From: Telmatocola sphagniphila
GTDB lineage: Bacteria > Planctomycetota > Planctomycetia > Gemmatales > Gemmataceae
Direction of reading: 5' to 3'
Assembly (NCBI RefSeq): GCF_018398935.1
Contig: NZ_CP074694.1
Coordinates: 1,650,001 to 1,682,000, forward strand
Length of the DNA: 32,000 nucleotides
Shown here: positions 9,335 to 18,632 of the stretch, piece by piece
Layout of the letters: every line of letters begins with the position of its first letter
Numbering within the stretch: the first letter of the stretch is position 1
Notes under the pieces: model-generated
Seen by the model: the letters and a program-made list of their open reading frames with translations, nothing else
Databases searched by the model: none
Told to the model about the DNA's origin: nothing
Position numbers and translations under genes: made by a program

Positions 9335-10417
9335 ATGCCTATGCGTTCTAGTCGTTCTCAGCGAATGATCAACGCCCGACGGGGAGTCCTCATCTTCCTG
9401 AGCCTGGTGGGTGTCGTTCACGTTACCTTGGCCGTGGCGGTAGCGATGTCCATTCGCCTTCGCGACCCCTTTTACGGCGATAAAGCGGCCAAATTGTTCC
9501 ATCGGATCCAATGCGAGAAACCCGATCGGATCATTGTTGGCTTGGGCAGTTCCCGAATGGGGATGGGCTTTGAGGGGCAACTTATCGAAGGGGAGATTCA
9601 GCAGAAAACGGGTTTAAAAACTATCGCTTTCAATTTTGGGGTCCCGGGCGTCGGTCCAATTACACAACTGGTATACTTCAATCGATTACTCGCAAGCGGC
9701 TTGCATCCCGACCTGTTGATTGTGGAGCTTCTGCCTCCGCTGATGAGTGGAGCCGGCGAACCGATTGAGAAAAGAAGCTTCCGGGCTGAAATGGTGACGC
9801 GCTCCGAATTGAGTGTGTTAAATAACCATGGATATAATCCGGAATTGAATGAATCGATTTGGCGGGAGACCCTCCTCTTTCCCACTACCCATCTGCGTTA
9901 CCAATTGCTCGGTCGTCTCGTGCCGAGTCTGCTTCCTTCAAACGAGCGGTTTGATTGGAGCCGAAAGTGCGATCTCTCGGGATGGAATGCCTGCGCATTC
10001 AGCAAGATCAGCGCGGAACAAAAGAAGACCATGACGGAAGGAGCTTTGAACGATTATCGTCCGATCCTCACCAACTTTTGCCTTGAGGGCGGACCCAAAG
10101 AAGCGTTCGAAGAACTTTTGAGTCTGGCCCAGCAACAAGGTATTAAAGTCCAAATTCTCTGGATGCCGGAAGGAGAAGAGTTTCGATCGCTCTATAAACC
10201 CGAGCAGATTGCGACATTCACCAGCCTCCTGACCGACTGGTCGCAACGATACGGGACGGAAGCGGTAGTCGCTCGCGATTGGCTGGGGGAAGATGCCTTT
10301 CTGGACTCGCATCACTTGTTGATTCGCGGAGCAGGAGAATTTTCCCGAAAACTGACTTACGAGAAACTTTTGCCTTGGCTGGCTCCCCGGATGATGCAGG
10401 TGGCTCATGGCCGCTAG
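9335..10417 (+). CDS. Membrane-anchored DltD/DUF1574-like (SGNH-like) protein, paralogue 1; putative extracytoplasmic O-acyltransferase partner of the MBOAT
   Basis: It starts 3 nt after the MBOAT stop. It has one N-terminal TM helix (VLIFLSLVGVVHVTLAVAVAM). Motifs are VGLGSSRMGMG, NFGVPGVGP, PDLLIVELLP, LWMPEGEEF and FLDSHHLLIRGAGEFSRKL. For comparison, DltD has GSSEL and DTIHLGWKG. Confidence 0.6.
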   Translation: MPMRSSRSQRMINARRGVLIFLSLVGVVHVTLAVAVAMSIRLRDPFYGDKAAKLFHRIQCEKPDRIIVGLGSSRMGMGFEGQLIEGEIQQKTGLKTIAFNFGVPGVGPITQLVYFNRLLASGLHPDLLIVELLPPLMSGAGEPIEKRSFRAEMVTRSELSVLNNHGYNPELNESIWRETLLFPTTHLRYQLLGRLVPSLLPSNERFDWSRKCDLSGWNACAFSKISAEQKKTMTEGALNDYRPILTNFCLEGGPKEAFEELLSLAQQQGIKVQILWMPEGEEFRSLYKPEQIATFTSLLTDWSQRYGTEAVVARDWLGEDAFLDSHHLLIRGAGEFSRKLTYEKLLPWLAPRMMQVAHGR

Positions 10418-11486
10418 ATCGTCTCAGGCTCGAGCAGGCTTACTCATCGGCCTGTTGCTGTTTATGAGTATTCAATTTGCTCTCCTCGCCTGGATCTCCT
10501 TCTGCCGTCCGGCTCTGATTGATATTCCATTTCAAATGCGGCTGGAATCTCTCGAGAAAGTGGAAACTGCCCCCGTGGATCTATGCATCTGGTGCATAGG
10601 AAGTTCGCGGATGATGTACGGCCTGCAGGCCGATCTGGTTAGTCGCGATATGTCGCAACAACTCGAACGGAATACTCGGCTAGTTAATTTGGGTTTTCCT
10701 GGCTGCGGTCCCCTAGGCTCCTGGTTGTATTTGAACCGACTGCTCTCTCGAGTTCACAAGCCGGATCTGATTCTCTTCGAAGTGATGCCCGGCCTGCTTT
10801 CCTATCCGCCCGATCTGGAGCCGATGGAATGGAATCGCTTGCATCCCAGCCGACTTCTTTGTGGAGAATTCGAGGAATTGCAACGCCTGGGGGTTCCTCT
10901 GGATAAACTCCGTTTCGGTAATGAAACCAATGGCCTGTCGCCCTATTGCCCACTCTACTCTCAGAGGGTGAACCTGCTCTCGCGGAGTTTTCCTTCCTGG
11001 CTGCCGAACCAATTCGTTTTCGATATTCAGGCGGCTTGCGACCCACTGCGGTTCTGTTCACCTCCCGAGTCGGTCCATAAGACCGGAGCATTCGAGAAGG
11101 CCTTTCAGCAAACCATAAGCGCGTACCGTCCTTATCTCGAACATTGGCAAATCGGCTCCCCCGCGGCGAAAGCCATAGGGAGTTTTCAGGCCAAGTGTGC
11201 CCAGAATGGAATTCCCTGTCTGGGGTTATGGATGCCGGAATCCGAAGAATTCCAAAGGCTGAGTTCGACCAGATCCGAAAAAAATGTCGCGGACTTCTTA
11301 AGCGAGAGATTTTCGAACGCCGAATGGATTAATGCCCGAAACTGGTGCGAAAGAGGTTGTTTCTGGGACGGCCATCACCTGCATCCGCAAGGGGGTGCTC
11401 AGTTTTCCCGGCAACTCGCCAAAGTTCTGAGTGCCCGATTTGAGAACTCCAATAGAAATCAAGTTCGTTTGGAGGCGAATCCGTGA
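10407..11486 (+). CDS. Membrane-anchored DltD/DUF1574-like (SGNH-like) protein, paralogue 2
   Basis: It overlaps paralogue 1 by 11 nt. It has an N-terminal TM helix. Motifs are CIGSSRMMYG, NLGFPGCGP, PDLILFEVMP, LWMPESEEF and FWDGHHLHPQGGAQFSRQL. Confidence 0.6.
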   Translation: MAARSSQARAGLLIGLLLFMSIQFALLAWISFCRPALIDIPFQMRLESLEKVETAPVDLCIWCIGSSRMMYGLQADLVSRDMSQQLERNTRLVNLGFPGCGPLGSWLYLNRLLSRVHKPDLILFEVMPGLLSYPPDLEPMEWNRLHPSRLLCGEFEELQRLGVPLDKLRFGNETNGLSPYCPLYSQRVNLLSRSFPSWLPNQFVFDIQAACDPLRFCSPPESVHKTGAFEKAFQQTISAYRPYLEHWQIGSPAAKAIGSFQAKCAQNGIPCLGLWMPESEEFQRLSSTRSEKNVADFLSERFSNAEWINARNWCERGCFWDGHHLHPQGGAQFSRQLAKVLSARFENSNRNQVRLEANP

Positions 11487-12640
11487 TCGAACAACTTCAG
11501 AAAATCAATCGGGTTACGACGACCCCGGTAATCTCGCGAATCGATATTATCTACTCGTCGGAGGATACGCCGAAAAAGAAGGTCTTTAGTCGTCAACGCC
11601 GGGCTCTCCTGAGCCTCCTGTTGGGAGCGGGTTTCTTCCTTCTTATCGCAATGCTTGCGAACATTGAGGTAGAAAGTAAACATCCGGAGTGGGTGGATCC
11701 TCCCTACGGGCTCAGATTGAATTTACTGAAAAAAGCGGTCGCTCAAAATTCCGATAAGCCGCTGCTAGTGTTCATCGGTACCTCGCGAACGGGATACGGC
11801 ATCGATAGTAAGAATTTCGATCAATTGCCGGGTGTGCTGGGCTTCAACTTCGGCCGGTCGGGGGCTGTGCTGGCGGAGCAACTGTTCACTTTAAAGCGAT
11901 TGTTGAAGGACGGCGTCGAACCGAAATACGTACTTCTGGAAATTCTTCCGGCGAATCTGGGCGACCAACGGACCACGGAGGAGCTCATACCACCAAGTCG
12001 AGTCCGCTGGAAAGATCTTGCTCTGGTTGAGGAAGATCATTGCAATCGATCGAAGTATGAACTGCACTGGTTCGGGGAGCATTGCAATATCCTCTCCAAT
12101 GTCCGCTTCTCACTCCTGAATTCCCAGTTGCCCTGGGCCGTGCCGGAGAGTTCAGTGGAGGCCTACCGACAGCATATGCCCCGAGACCGTTTTGGGAGTT
12201 CACCCCTCGAACGCCGTTATGTCACAACCCAGATGATCGATCGAATGAAGGAATCTACTTTTTCCTTCTATCGGGAGCACTTGAAGGAACTTCAGATTCA
12301 ATCCCGGCCAATCGAAACGATCTGCGAGATACTTCGGATCTGCCAAGAGAGGGGAATTCAGAGCGGTATTTATCTGATGCCGGAGGCCAGAACATTCCGC
12401 GGTTGGTACCGGGAAGACTGGAATGAGGAAATGCCGCTTCGACTCAGTGAGATATGTCGGGAATTCCGCATTCCGCTCTTCGACAAACGCTTCAGCTGCG
12501 AGGATGCCGATTTCGTGGACGGACATCACCTCTGGGATGAAACGGCTTCCGAATTCACGGGAAGCTTTCTGAAAGACGATATCCTACCCTGGGTTCAGGG
12601 ACTTCCGAATGGGCAAACGGCTGGCCGGGACCTAAATTAA
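11483..12640 (+). CDS. Membrane-anchored DltD/DUF1574-like (SGNH-like) protein, paralogue 3
   Basis: The GTG start sits in a GTGA overlap with the paralogue 2 stop, and GGAGG lies 8 nt upstream. It has an N-terminal TM helix (ALLSLLLGAGFFLLIAML). Motifs are FIGTSRTGYG, NFGRSGA, KYVLLEILP, YLMPEARTF and FVDGHHLWDETASEFTGSFL. Confidence 0.6.
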   Translation: MIEQLQKINRVTTTPVISRIDIIYSSEDTPKKKVFSRQRRALLSLLLGAGFFLLIAMLANIEVESKHPEWVDPPYGLRLNLLKKAVAQNSDKPLLVFIGTSRTGYGIDSKNFDQLPGVLGFNFGRSGAVLAEQLFTLKRLLKDGVEPKYVLLEILPANLGDQRTTEELIPPSRVRWKDLALVEEDHCNRSKYELHWFGEHCNILSNVRFSLLNSQLPWAVPESSVEAYRQHMPRDRFGSSPLERRYVTTQMIDRMKESTFSFYREHLKELQIQSRPIETICEILRICQERGIQSGIYLMPEARTFRGWYREDWNEEMPLRLSEICREFRIPLFDKRFSCEDADFVDGHHLWDETASEFTGSFLKDDILPWVQGLPNGQTAGRDLN

Positions 12641-12685
12641 CGCTGAAGGATTCCGATCATTTGCAGTTGAGCTCCAAGGCAGACC

Positions 12686-14080
12686 ATGACCGAAGCGGTC
12701 TTTCAGCGATGCATACATCCCCAGTGCGGTACTACCGTTTCCCTGGAGGATACATCTTTTCAATGCCCGAAATGCACGGGACTATTGGATGTGGCTTACG
12801 ACTGGGATCGTCTGCCAGTACCCAAGAGCTTGAAAGAGTTCGAAAAAAAGTGGTCCAACCGCACGAATAAACTAGATTTCTCCGGCGTTTGGCGCTTTCG
12901 CGAACTACTCCCTTTTGCCCGTCCCGAACAGATCATGACAATCGGCGAAGGACAGACGATTCTGCTCCCTTCCGATCAGGTCGCTACCTATGTGGGTTTG
13001 AATCCCGGCAATCTCTTCCTCCAGTACGAGGGGATGAATCCTTCCGGCAGCTTTAAAGACAACGGCATGACTGCGGCCTTTTCCCACGCCCGATCCGTCG
13101 GCGCCCGACGCGCGGCCTGCGCCAGTACCGGCAATACCAGCGCAGCCTTGTCGATTTATTGTGCGGCCACCGACCTGATGCGAGCCATCATCTTCATCGG
13201 AAGCGGTAAAATCTCTTACGGAAAGCTTTCGCAAGCTCTCGAGCATGGGGCTTTAACCATTCAAATCGCTGGCGATTTCGACGATGCCTTGCAACGCGTC
13301 CAGCAAGTCAGCCGCCAGTTGGGCATCTATCTGGTCAACAGCATCAACCCCTTCCGGCTCGAGGGGCAGAAGACTATCATGTATCGGATCATTGAAGCGC
13401 TGAACTGGGAAGTGCCCGATTGGATCGTGGTGCCGGGCGGGAACCTCGGAAACTGTTCGGCATTCGGTAAAGCGTTCATCGAACTTAAAGAACTCGGCCT
13501 GGTGGATCGCATCCCACGCTTGGCCGTGATCAATGCGGCGGGCGCGCATACCTTTTACGAACTATACGAGAAACAGAAACTCCGCTGGAACAATGGCAGT
13601 CCCGACTTCAAAGTGGTGGACAGCTACATGAAGGTGATGGATGCCGGAAATCTCCGGGCCAATACACTCGCCAGTGCCATCGAGATAAATCGGCCTGTGA
13701 ACCTTCCTAAAGCCTTGCGTGCTCTGGATCGATGTTCGGGTGTCGTTCGGGAAGTCAACGACCAGGAAATTCTGGATGCCAAGGCGAAAGTAGGATCGGG
13801 AGGGCTCGGTTGCGAACCGGCCAGTGCAGCCAGCGTGGCTGGACTGAAAAAGCTGGTTCAGGAAGGAATAGTCTCGCCTGGTGATCGCGTGGCCTGCGTC
13901 CTGACCGCTCATCTGCTCAAAGATCCCGATGCGACCGTAGCCTATCACAGTGCCGATCCTAAAACTTTCGAAGAAAAGCTCGGAAAACGCGGGGTCCGTC
14001 GGGCGGGATTCCCTAACCGGGCCGTTCAGGTATCGAACGACCTGGATGAAATTATCAAAGCCATTGAAGTCTATTCTTGA
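12686..14080 (+). CDS. thrC: Threonine synthase with N-terminal zinc-ribbon
   Basis: The PLP-lysine motif is [15 protein letters not shown]. Other motifs are [10 protein letters not shown] and VVPGGNLGN. The N-terminal ribbon reads CIHPQCG...CPKCTG. Confidence 0.9.
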   Translation: MTEAVFQRCIHPQCGTTVSLEDTSFQCPKCTGLLDVAYDWDRLPVPKSLKEFEKKWSNRTNKLDFSGVWRFRELLPFARPEQIMTIGEGQTILLPSDQVATYVGLNPGNLFLQYEGMNPSGSFKDNGMTAAFSHARSVGARRAACASTGNTSAALSIYCAATDLMRAIIFIGSGKISYGKLSQALEHGALTIQIAGDFDDALQRVQQVSRQLGIYLVNSINPFRLEGQKTIMYRIIEALNWEVPDWIVVPGGNLGNCSAFGKAFIELKELGLVDRIPRLAVINAAGAHTFYELYEKQKLRWNNGSPDFKVVDSYMKVMDAGNLRANTLASAIEINRPVNLPKALRALDRCSGVVREVNDQEILDAKAKVGSGGLGCEPASAASVAGLKKLVQEGIVSPGDRVACVLTAHLLKDPDATVAYHSADPKTFEEKLGKRGVRRAGFPNRAVQVSNDLDEIIKAIEVYS

Positions 14081-14106
14081 TTCGTTTTTAGGGTGGAAAA
14101 ACCGCT

Positions 14107-14904
14107 ATGAGCAAAATTCGCTACGCAATGAACGGAGCCTGCGGACGGATGGGACAGCGGATCATCGCGTTGGGACACGAAGATCATGGCTTGTCGCTGG
14201 TGGCCGCCCTCGATTCGGGAAAGCATCCCGCCTTCGGGAAAGATGCGGGAGAACTGGCCGGCGTGGGTAAACTGGAGATTCCCATCACTTCGGAACTTCC
14301 TTTCGACCAGCATCCGGAAGTCGTCATCGATTTTTCGACTCCCGAAGGCTCCATGGAAATTCTGAAGACTTGCGTGGCTCGAAAAATTCCCCTGGTAGTC
14401 GCTACGACCGGGCACTCGGCGGAGCAAAAACGGGAAATCGAAGCAGCAGCCCACGCGACCGCCCTCCTGCTTTCCCCCAGCATGAGTCTGGTGGTCAATC
14501 TGCTTTTCAAACTCGTTCAGCAAGCCAGTCAAGCCTTGATGGGTAAGGGTTTTGACGTGGAAATTATCGAACGGCACCACCGCATGAAGAAAGATTCTCC
14601 CAGCGGAACTGCCATGCAGTTTGCCCGGATCATTCAAGAGACGATGGGGCAGTCGAAAATCGTGCATGGCCGGGAAGGTATAGTCGGGGAACGTCCACTG
14701 GATGAAATTGGTATGCATGCGATTCGGGGTGGCGACAATGTGGGCGAGCACACCATCATGTTCAGTGCACTCGGCGAAACCATGGAATTGATTCACAAGG
14801 GATACAGTCGGGACAGTTATGCCCGGGGGGCACTACTCGCTGCTAAATTTCTGGCAGGGAAACCGGCCGGACGATATACCATGTATGACGTACTGGGCCT
14901 GTAG
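14107..14904 (+). CDS. dapB: 4-hydroxy-tetrahydrodipicolinate reductase
   Basis: The nucleotide-binding N-terminus reads NGACGRMGQRII. It also has the VVATTG motif and the signature EIIERHHRMKKDSPSGTA. Confidence 0.92.
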   Translation: MSKIRYAMNGACGRMGQRIIALGHEDHGLSLVAALDSGKHPAFGKDAGELAGVGKLEIPITSELPFDQHPEVVIDFSTPEGSMEILKTCVARKIPLVVATTGHSAEQKREIEAAAHATALLLSPSMSLVVNLLFKLVQQASQALMGKGFDVEIIERHHRMKKDSPSGTAMQFARIIQETMGQSKIVHGREGIVGERPLDEIGMHAIRGGDNVGEHTIMFSALGETMELIHKGYSRDSYARGALLAAKFLAGKPAGRYTMYDVLGL

Positions 14905-14978
14905 AGTTTCGAACGCTCCGTATAGTCGAAGACGAGTTCATGGGACTCGACTCTCCACCATTTCTTAAAGGGGTTTTT

Positions 14979-15482
14979 ATGCTCAAGTCTAAGTGGTTCT
15001 TTGGATTCGCCCTGTTAAGCCTTTTCGCGCTGTTGGGCTCTCAGGCCAAAGCCGCTGACGAAAAGTATTTTAAAATCGTACATGCCGAAACGAAAAAGGT
15101 TCTGGCGCTGACTGACAACTCGGAAGAAGCCGGTGCGCGTTGCGTGCTGGCCAAGGACGATGGATCTGAAGCACAGCAATGGAGCCTGGTGAAAGACGGC
15201 GAGTATCTGAAAATCGTCAATCGCAAATCGGGCAAAGTTCTGGATGTGAACGAAGCTTCCTCAGACGACGGAGCCGAGATTATTCAATGGGACGCCAAGG
15301 ACGATGATTTTGACAACCAGCGTTGGAGCTGGGTCGGCAAAGGCATGGCCAAACAGCTCAAATCGAAATCGAGTGGAAAAGTTCTCGATATCTCCGAGGA
15401 GACAAAAGTCGTTCAGAAAACGGCAGACGACAAGAACAAAAAACAGCTTTGGGAAGCAGTTGAAGTGAAGGCGAAGAAGTAA
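14979..15482 (+). CDS. Small secreted ricin-B-type (beta-trefoil) lectin-domain protein
   Basis: The signal peptide is MLKSKWFFGFALLSLFALLGSQAKA. Repeated SGKVLDV/SGKVLDI segments and QxW-type motifs (QQW, IQW, QRW, QLW) are present. I set the start at ATG 14979, with AAAGGGG upstream. Confidence 0.7.
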   Translation: MLKSKWFFGFALLSLFALLGSQAKAADEKYFKIVHAETKKVLALTDNSEEAGARCVLAKDDGSEAQQWSLVKDGEYLKIVNRKSGKVLDVNEASSDDGAEIIQWDAKDDDFDNQRWSWVGKGMAKQLKSKSSGKVLDISEETKVVQKTADDKNKKQLWEAVEVKAKK

Positions 15483-15514
15483 AAAAAGGGGGCTGGAAAA
15501 AGCCCCCTTTTTTA
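15481..15514. terminator. Bidirectional rho-independent terminator between convergent lectin and WD40 genes
   Basis: The sequence is AAAAAAA-GGGGGCT-ggaaaa-AGCCCCC-TTTTTT. It forms a perfect 7-bp GC-rich stem with a 6-nt loop. An A-run flanks it on one side and a T-run on the other, so it can terminate on both strands. Confidence 0.85.
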
Positions 15515-18500
15515 TGGCATTTCCAGCACGTAGATGGTGGAATCGGCATTGGCCGTATACGCCTTTTTGCCATCCGGCGCGAAAACGATGCCGTTCACTT
15601 TAGTCGGCAAAGTCCAGTTGCGAAGTTTTACCACTTTACTCAGGTCCCAGAGCGTCACTTCCCCCTGATCGTTGAATATGAGCATCCGCTGGCTGTCGTG
15701 ATGGATCTGCAATTGGTTCTGCCCGGCGGAGTTCGCCTGGAACGCTTTCTCTTCCTTGAAATTTTCGGTGTTCCAGATTTTAACCATGCCGTTTGCATCG
15801 GCGGTGTAGAGCCGTTTGCGATCGGTTGAGAATGCCAGGTCGGTAACGCTCTTCTCCGAAGCCTTTAAGAGATCTTTGGTGATCTTCTCGTCTTTCAGAA
15901 TCGCCCGAACCAAGACCTGCCCGGTAGGCGTCGCGATCGCCGCCCATTCGCCATCCGATGTAAAGGACAGAGAACTGGTTTCGAGATCCTTTTCGACCAC
16001 GGTTTTGATCGGTTGGAATTTTTCATCCAGCGTAATGATCCGATTCACCGGTTTGGACCCCGGTTCTTTATAGCTCCAGATGATGAGTCGCTTTTTATCG
16101 GCGAGATATTGGATCAGTCCAACTTCATCCATGTCGTTTATGGTTTTTACGATCTGTCGAGTCTCGAGATTCCAGATTTGCACAATGTGCAAGGGAGTAT
16201 TCGAAGCCGGCGCCCTTCCCCCAATGGCCAGGAATTTGCCGTCCTCGAGCAGAGTCATTGCGGTAATCGTCGAATAATCGACCGGCAGCGAAAGTTTTTC
16301 TTTGCCCGTATTCATATCCCAGATCTTGATCGTTCGATCATCGGATCCCGTTGCCAGGATGCCAGATTTGTCGATCGACAACGCTGTGACCTGACGGCGA
16401 TGACCAGTGGTCGATCGAGCATCGGAGGTCATCATCATCCAGACGCAGGCGGTTTTGTCGACACCGCCGCTGAGAATGCTCGAACCATCCGGGGCGAACG
16501 CCACGCAAGTCACCCACTCCGTATGGCCGCGCAGGGAGGTTCGCTCGGTTCGGGTTTGAGCATTCCAGACTTTCACGAATTGGTCGCTTCCAGCGGTGGC
16601 AAACGACGTCCCATCCTTGTTGAAAGCTATAGCGCTAATCGCCCCGCCATGGGCATTGACTTCTGAAGTCTTGGTGAGAGTCATCGCGTCGGAGATCGAC
16701 CAATATCGCATTAAGCGGTCTCCACCAACCGTGCCGAGAAAAGGCAAATTCGGATGAAATTGGAGGCAGCTGACGCCGGAGACGTGAGCGGAGAGTTTTG
16801 AGACTTCCTTAAATCCGGCATTTCGATCGAATAGACGCAGCAAGCCATCGGCCGTTCCAATCGCCAGCCACTTTCCGTTCGGAGAAAAATCCAAAGCACT
16901 GACAGCCGATTTCAAATCCGAAAAAGTGTAGGCGACTTTACCGGTCTCCTTCTCCCAGAGAATTGCGGTCTTATCGGCCGACCCGCTTAGAAAGTATTTT
17001 CCTGAAGGATCTATGGCCAGAGCCATGATCGGAGCTTTATGCCCGAGGAATTCCTTCTGCAGTTTACCCCCCGGGATGTCCCAGAGCTTGATTTTTCGAT
17101 CGCCTCCGGCCGTAGCCAGTTGGGTGCTGTCTGGAGTAAAGGTTAACGATGTAATTGCGGAATCACCCGCCTGATACTGAGTTATCAGTTTGTTGCTCGT
17201 CGCATCGTATAGGCATACCTGGCGGTCGGCTCCGGTCGTGGCAAAATACTTCCCATCGGGACTGTACGCACAGGCCCATAAATAGCCCGTGTGATCTTTC
17301 AGAGTAATATGGGCATCGGCAAAACTGACATCCCAGACTCGAATGGTCTGATCCAGGCTTCCCGAGACAAGCGTCCGGCTATCGGAGGTAAATTTCAGAC
17401 TGGTGACCTCGGAGCTATGACCGAAAAACGTCCGCAGGAGTAGTCCATTCTTGGTGAGATCCCAGATCTTGATCGAATTGTCTTTACCACCAGTCGCAAG
17501 AAATTGGCCATCGGGACTGACGGCGATTGCCAGCACGGGTGAAGCATGCCCGGAAGTGGATTCTATGGAAAGCAATCGGAAATCCGGTTTCGGGGGCGCA
17601 TTGGAGGCGCCGGGAATCAAAATCTGGCGGATGTTGATGTTACTGTCACTACCGCCGGTGTAGATGCTTCGGCCATCCGGCGAGAAGGCCAGGCAATTCG
17701 CACCGCTGACGGGATACAGAACGGTGGAAAGGAGAATTTTGGCGGGCCCTTTTTCGGGAAGCTTGGAAGGATAGAGCTTGAGCGAACCGCGACTATCGAC
17801 CAGAGCGATGATCTTCCCGGTCGGATCGTAAGCGATTTGAAAGATTCGCTCTTTCTCTTCGATTAGAACGCCTTCGCTCTTTCCGCTTTCGACATTCCAG
17901 AGCCGAATCGATATTTCGGGTGCATCGGAGGCACTCGCCAATGTTTTGCTATCGGGACTAAATGCTAGAGAAGAGACTTCGGACTTGTGTTCTTTAAGAA
18001 CGTGAGCAGTTTTTCCAGTCGAAGCGTCCCAAAGATGGATTTCTTTGCCGGAAGAACTGGCAATCCATTTCCCATCGGGCGACCAGGCGACGGCATAACT
18101 TTTCTCGGTCGATCCTTTAAAAGCCAACTCCTGTCGGCCATTTTCGATATTCCAGATGGCAACCGAACCGTCATAAGCGGATGCGACGCACTTGGGCTCT
18201 TTAGGGTGCAAAGCGATACATTGGATTTCACCCGTTTGCTGGAGACGCTGACTTCCCAAAATTTTGGAAACGTTGGCAGGCAGGTTTGCGGGGAGATAGG
18301 GAATCGAAAATCTCGCTTCACGCAAGGTGCGGGCGGCCTGTTCGAGATTCCCCGCTTTCTCGGCCTTATCCGCCAGGAGTTTGAGTTGCTCCGCATTCTT
18401 CAAATCGGGCTCTGAGAACCCCTTTTTCAGGGCTTCCGCTCTCTCTTTTTCGAACTCCTGTTTCCTTTGAGAGATAATCTCCTGAGAATTCGCCGCTGTC

Positions 18501-18571
18501 TGAGACCAGAGTAGTGTCGGGCTCAAAATACAGCAGGAAATTCCGAGTAAAAAAAATCGACTGGAAGGCAT
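15512..18571 (-). CDS. Exported multi-propeller WD40-repeat protein (about 20 WD repeats)
   Basis: The signal-like N-terminus is MPSSRFFLLGISCCILSPTLLWSQ. A helical segment follows. After that come continuous WD40 units, e.g. GHSSEVTSLKFTSDSRTLVSGSLDQTIRVWDV and GHKAPIMALAIDPSGKYFLSGSADKTAILWE. I set the start at ATG 18571 rather than the ORF maximum at 18670. Confidence 0.85.
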   Translation of the reverse strand: MPSSRFFLLGISCCILSPTLLWSQTAANSQEIISQRKQEFEKERAEALKKGFSEPDLKNAEQLKLLADKAEKAGNLEQAARTLREARFSIPYLPANLPANVSKILGSQRLQQTGEIQCIALHPKEPKCVASAYDGSVAIWNIENGRQELAFKGSTEKSYAVAWSPDGKWIASSSGKEIHLWDASTGKTAHVLKEHKSEVSSLAFSPDSKTLASASDAPEISIRLWNVESGKSEGVLIEEKERIFQIAYDPTGKIIALVDSRGSLKLYPSKLPEKGPAKILLSTVLYPVSGANCLAFSPDGRSIYTGGSDSNINIRQILIPGASNAPPKPDFRLLSIESTSGHASPVLAIAVSPDGQFLATGGKDNSIKIWDLTKNGLLLRTFFGHSSEVTSLKFTSDSRTLVSGSLDQTIRVWDVSFADAHITLKDHTGYLWACAYSPDGKYFATTGADRQVCLYDATSNKLITQYQAGDSAITSLTFTPDSTQLATAGGDRKIKLWDIPGGKLQKEFLGHKAPIMALAIDPSGKYFLSGSADKTAILWEKETGKVAYTFSDLKSAVSALDFSPNGKWLAIGTADGLLRLFDRNAGFKEVSKLSAHVSGVSCLQFHPNLPFLGTVGGDRLMRYWSISDAMTLTKTSEVNAHGGAISAIAFNKDGTSFATAGSDQFVKVWNAQTRTERTSLRGHTEWVTCVAFAPDGSSILSGGVDKTACVWMMMTSDARSTTGHRRQVTALSIDKSGILATGSDDRTIKIWDMNTGKEKLSLPVDYSTITAMTLLEDGKFLAIGGRAPASNTPLHIVQIWNLETRQIVKTINDMDEVGLIQYLADKKRLIIWSYKEPGSKPVNRIITLDEKFQPIKTVVEKDLETSSLSFTSDGEWAAIATPTGQVLVRAILKDEKITKDLLKASEKSVTDLAFSTDRKRLYTADANGMVKIWNTENFKEEKAFQANSAGQNQLQIHHDSQRMLIFNDQGEVTLWDLSKVVKLRNWTLPTKVNGIVFAPDGKKAYTANADSTIYVLEMP

Positions 18572-18596
18572 TTTCACGTCCTGTTGAGAATCATGA

Positions 18597-18632
18597 TCGT
18601 TAACGAAGAGTATAGCTAATCGAGAGATCTCT
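18597..18632. promoter_or_regulatory. Two perfect 10-bp palindromes in the WD40/fae divergent intergenic region
   Basis: TCGTTAACGA lies at 18597-18606 and AGAGATCTCT at 18623-18632, 16 bp apart. Both sit between the divergently transcribed starts at 18571 and 18709. An operator role is conjecture. Confidence 0.2.

Noticed and set aside
14071-14796. 241-aa ORF antisense to dapB
   Set aside because: The sense strand encodes an unmistakable DapB (ERHHRMKKDSPSGTA). The antisense product has no recognisable motif. Long open antisense frames are expected from codon bias in moderately GC-rich genes.
16013-16666. 217-aa ORF antisense to the WD40 gene
   Set aside because: It is a shadow frame of a repeat-rich gene. 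It has no start context or recognisable domain.
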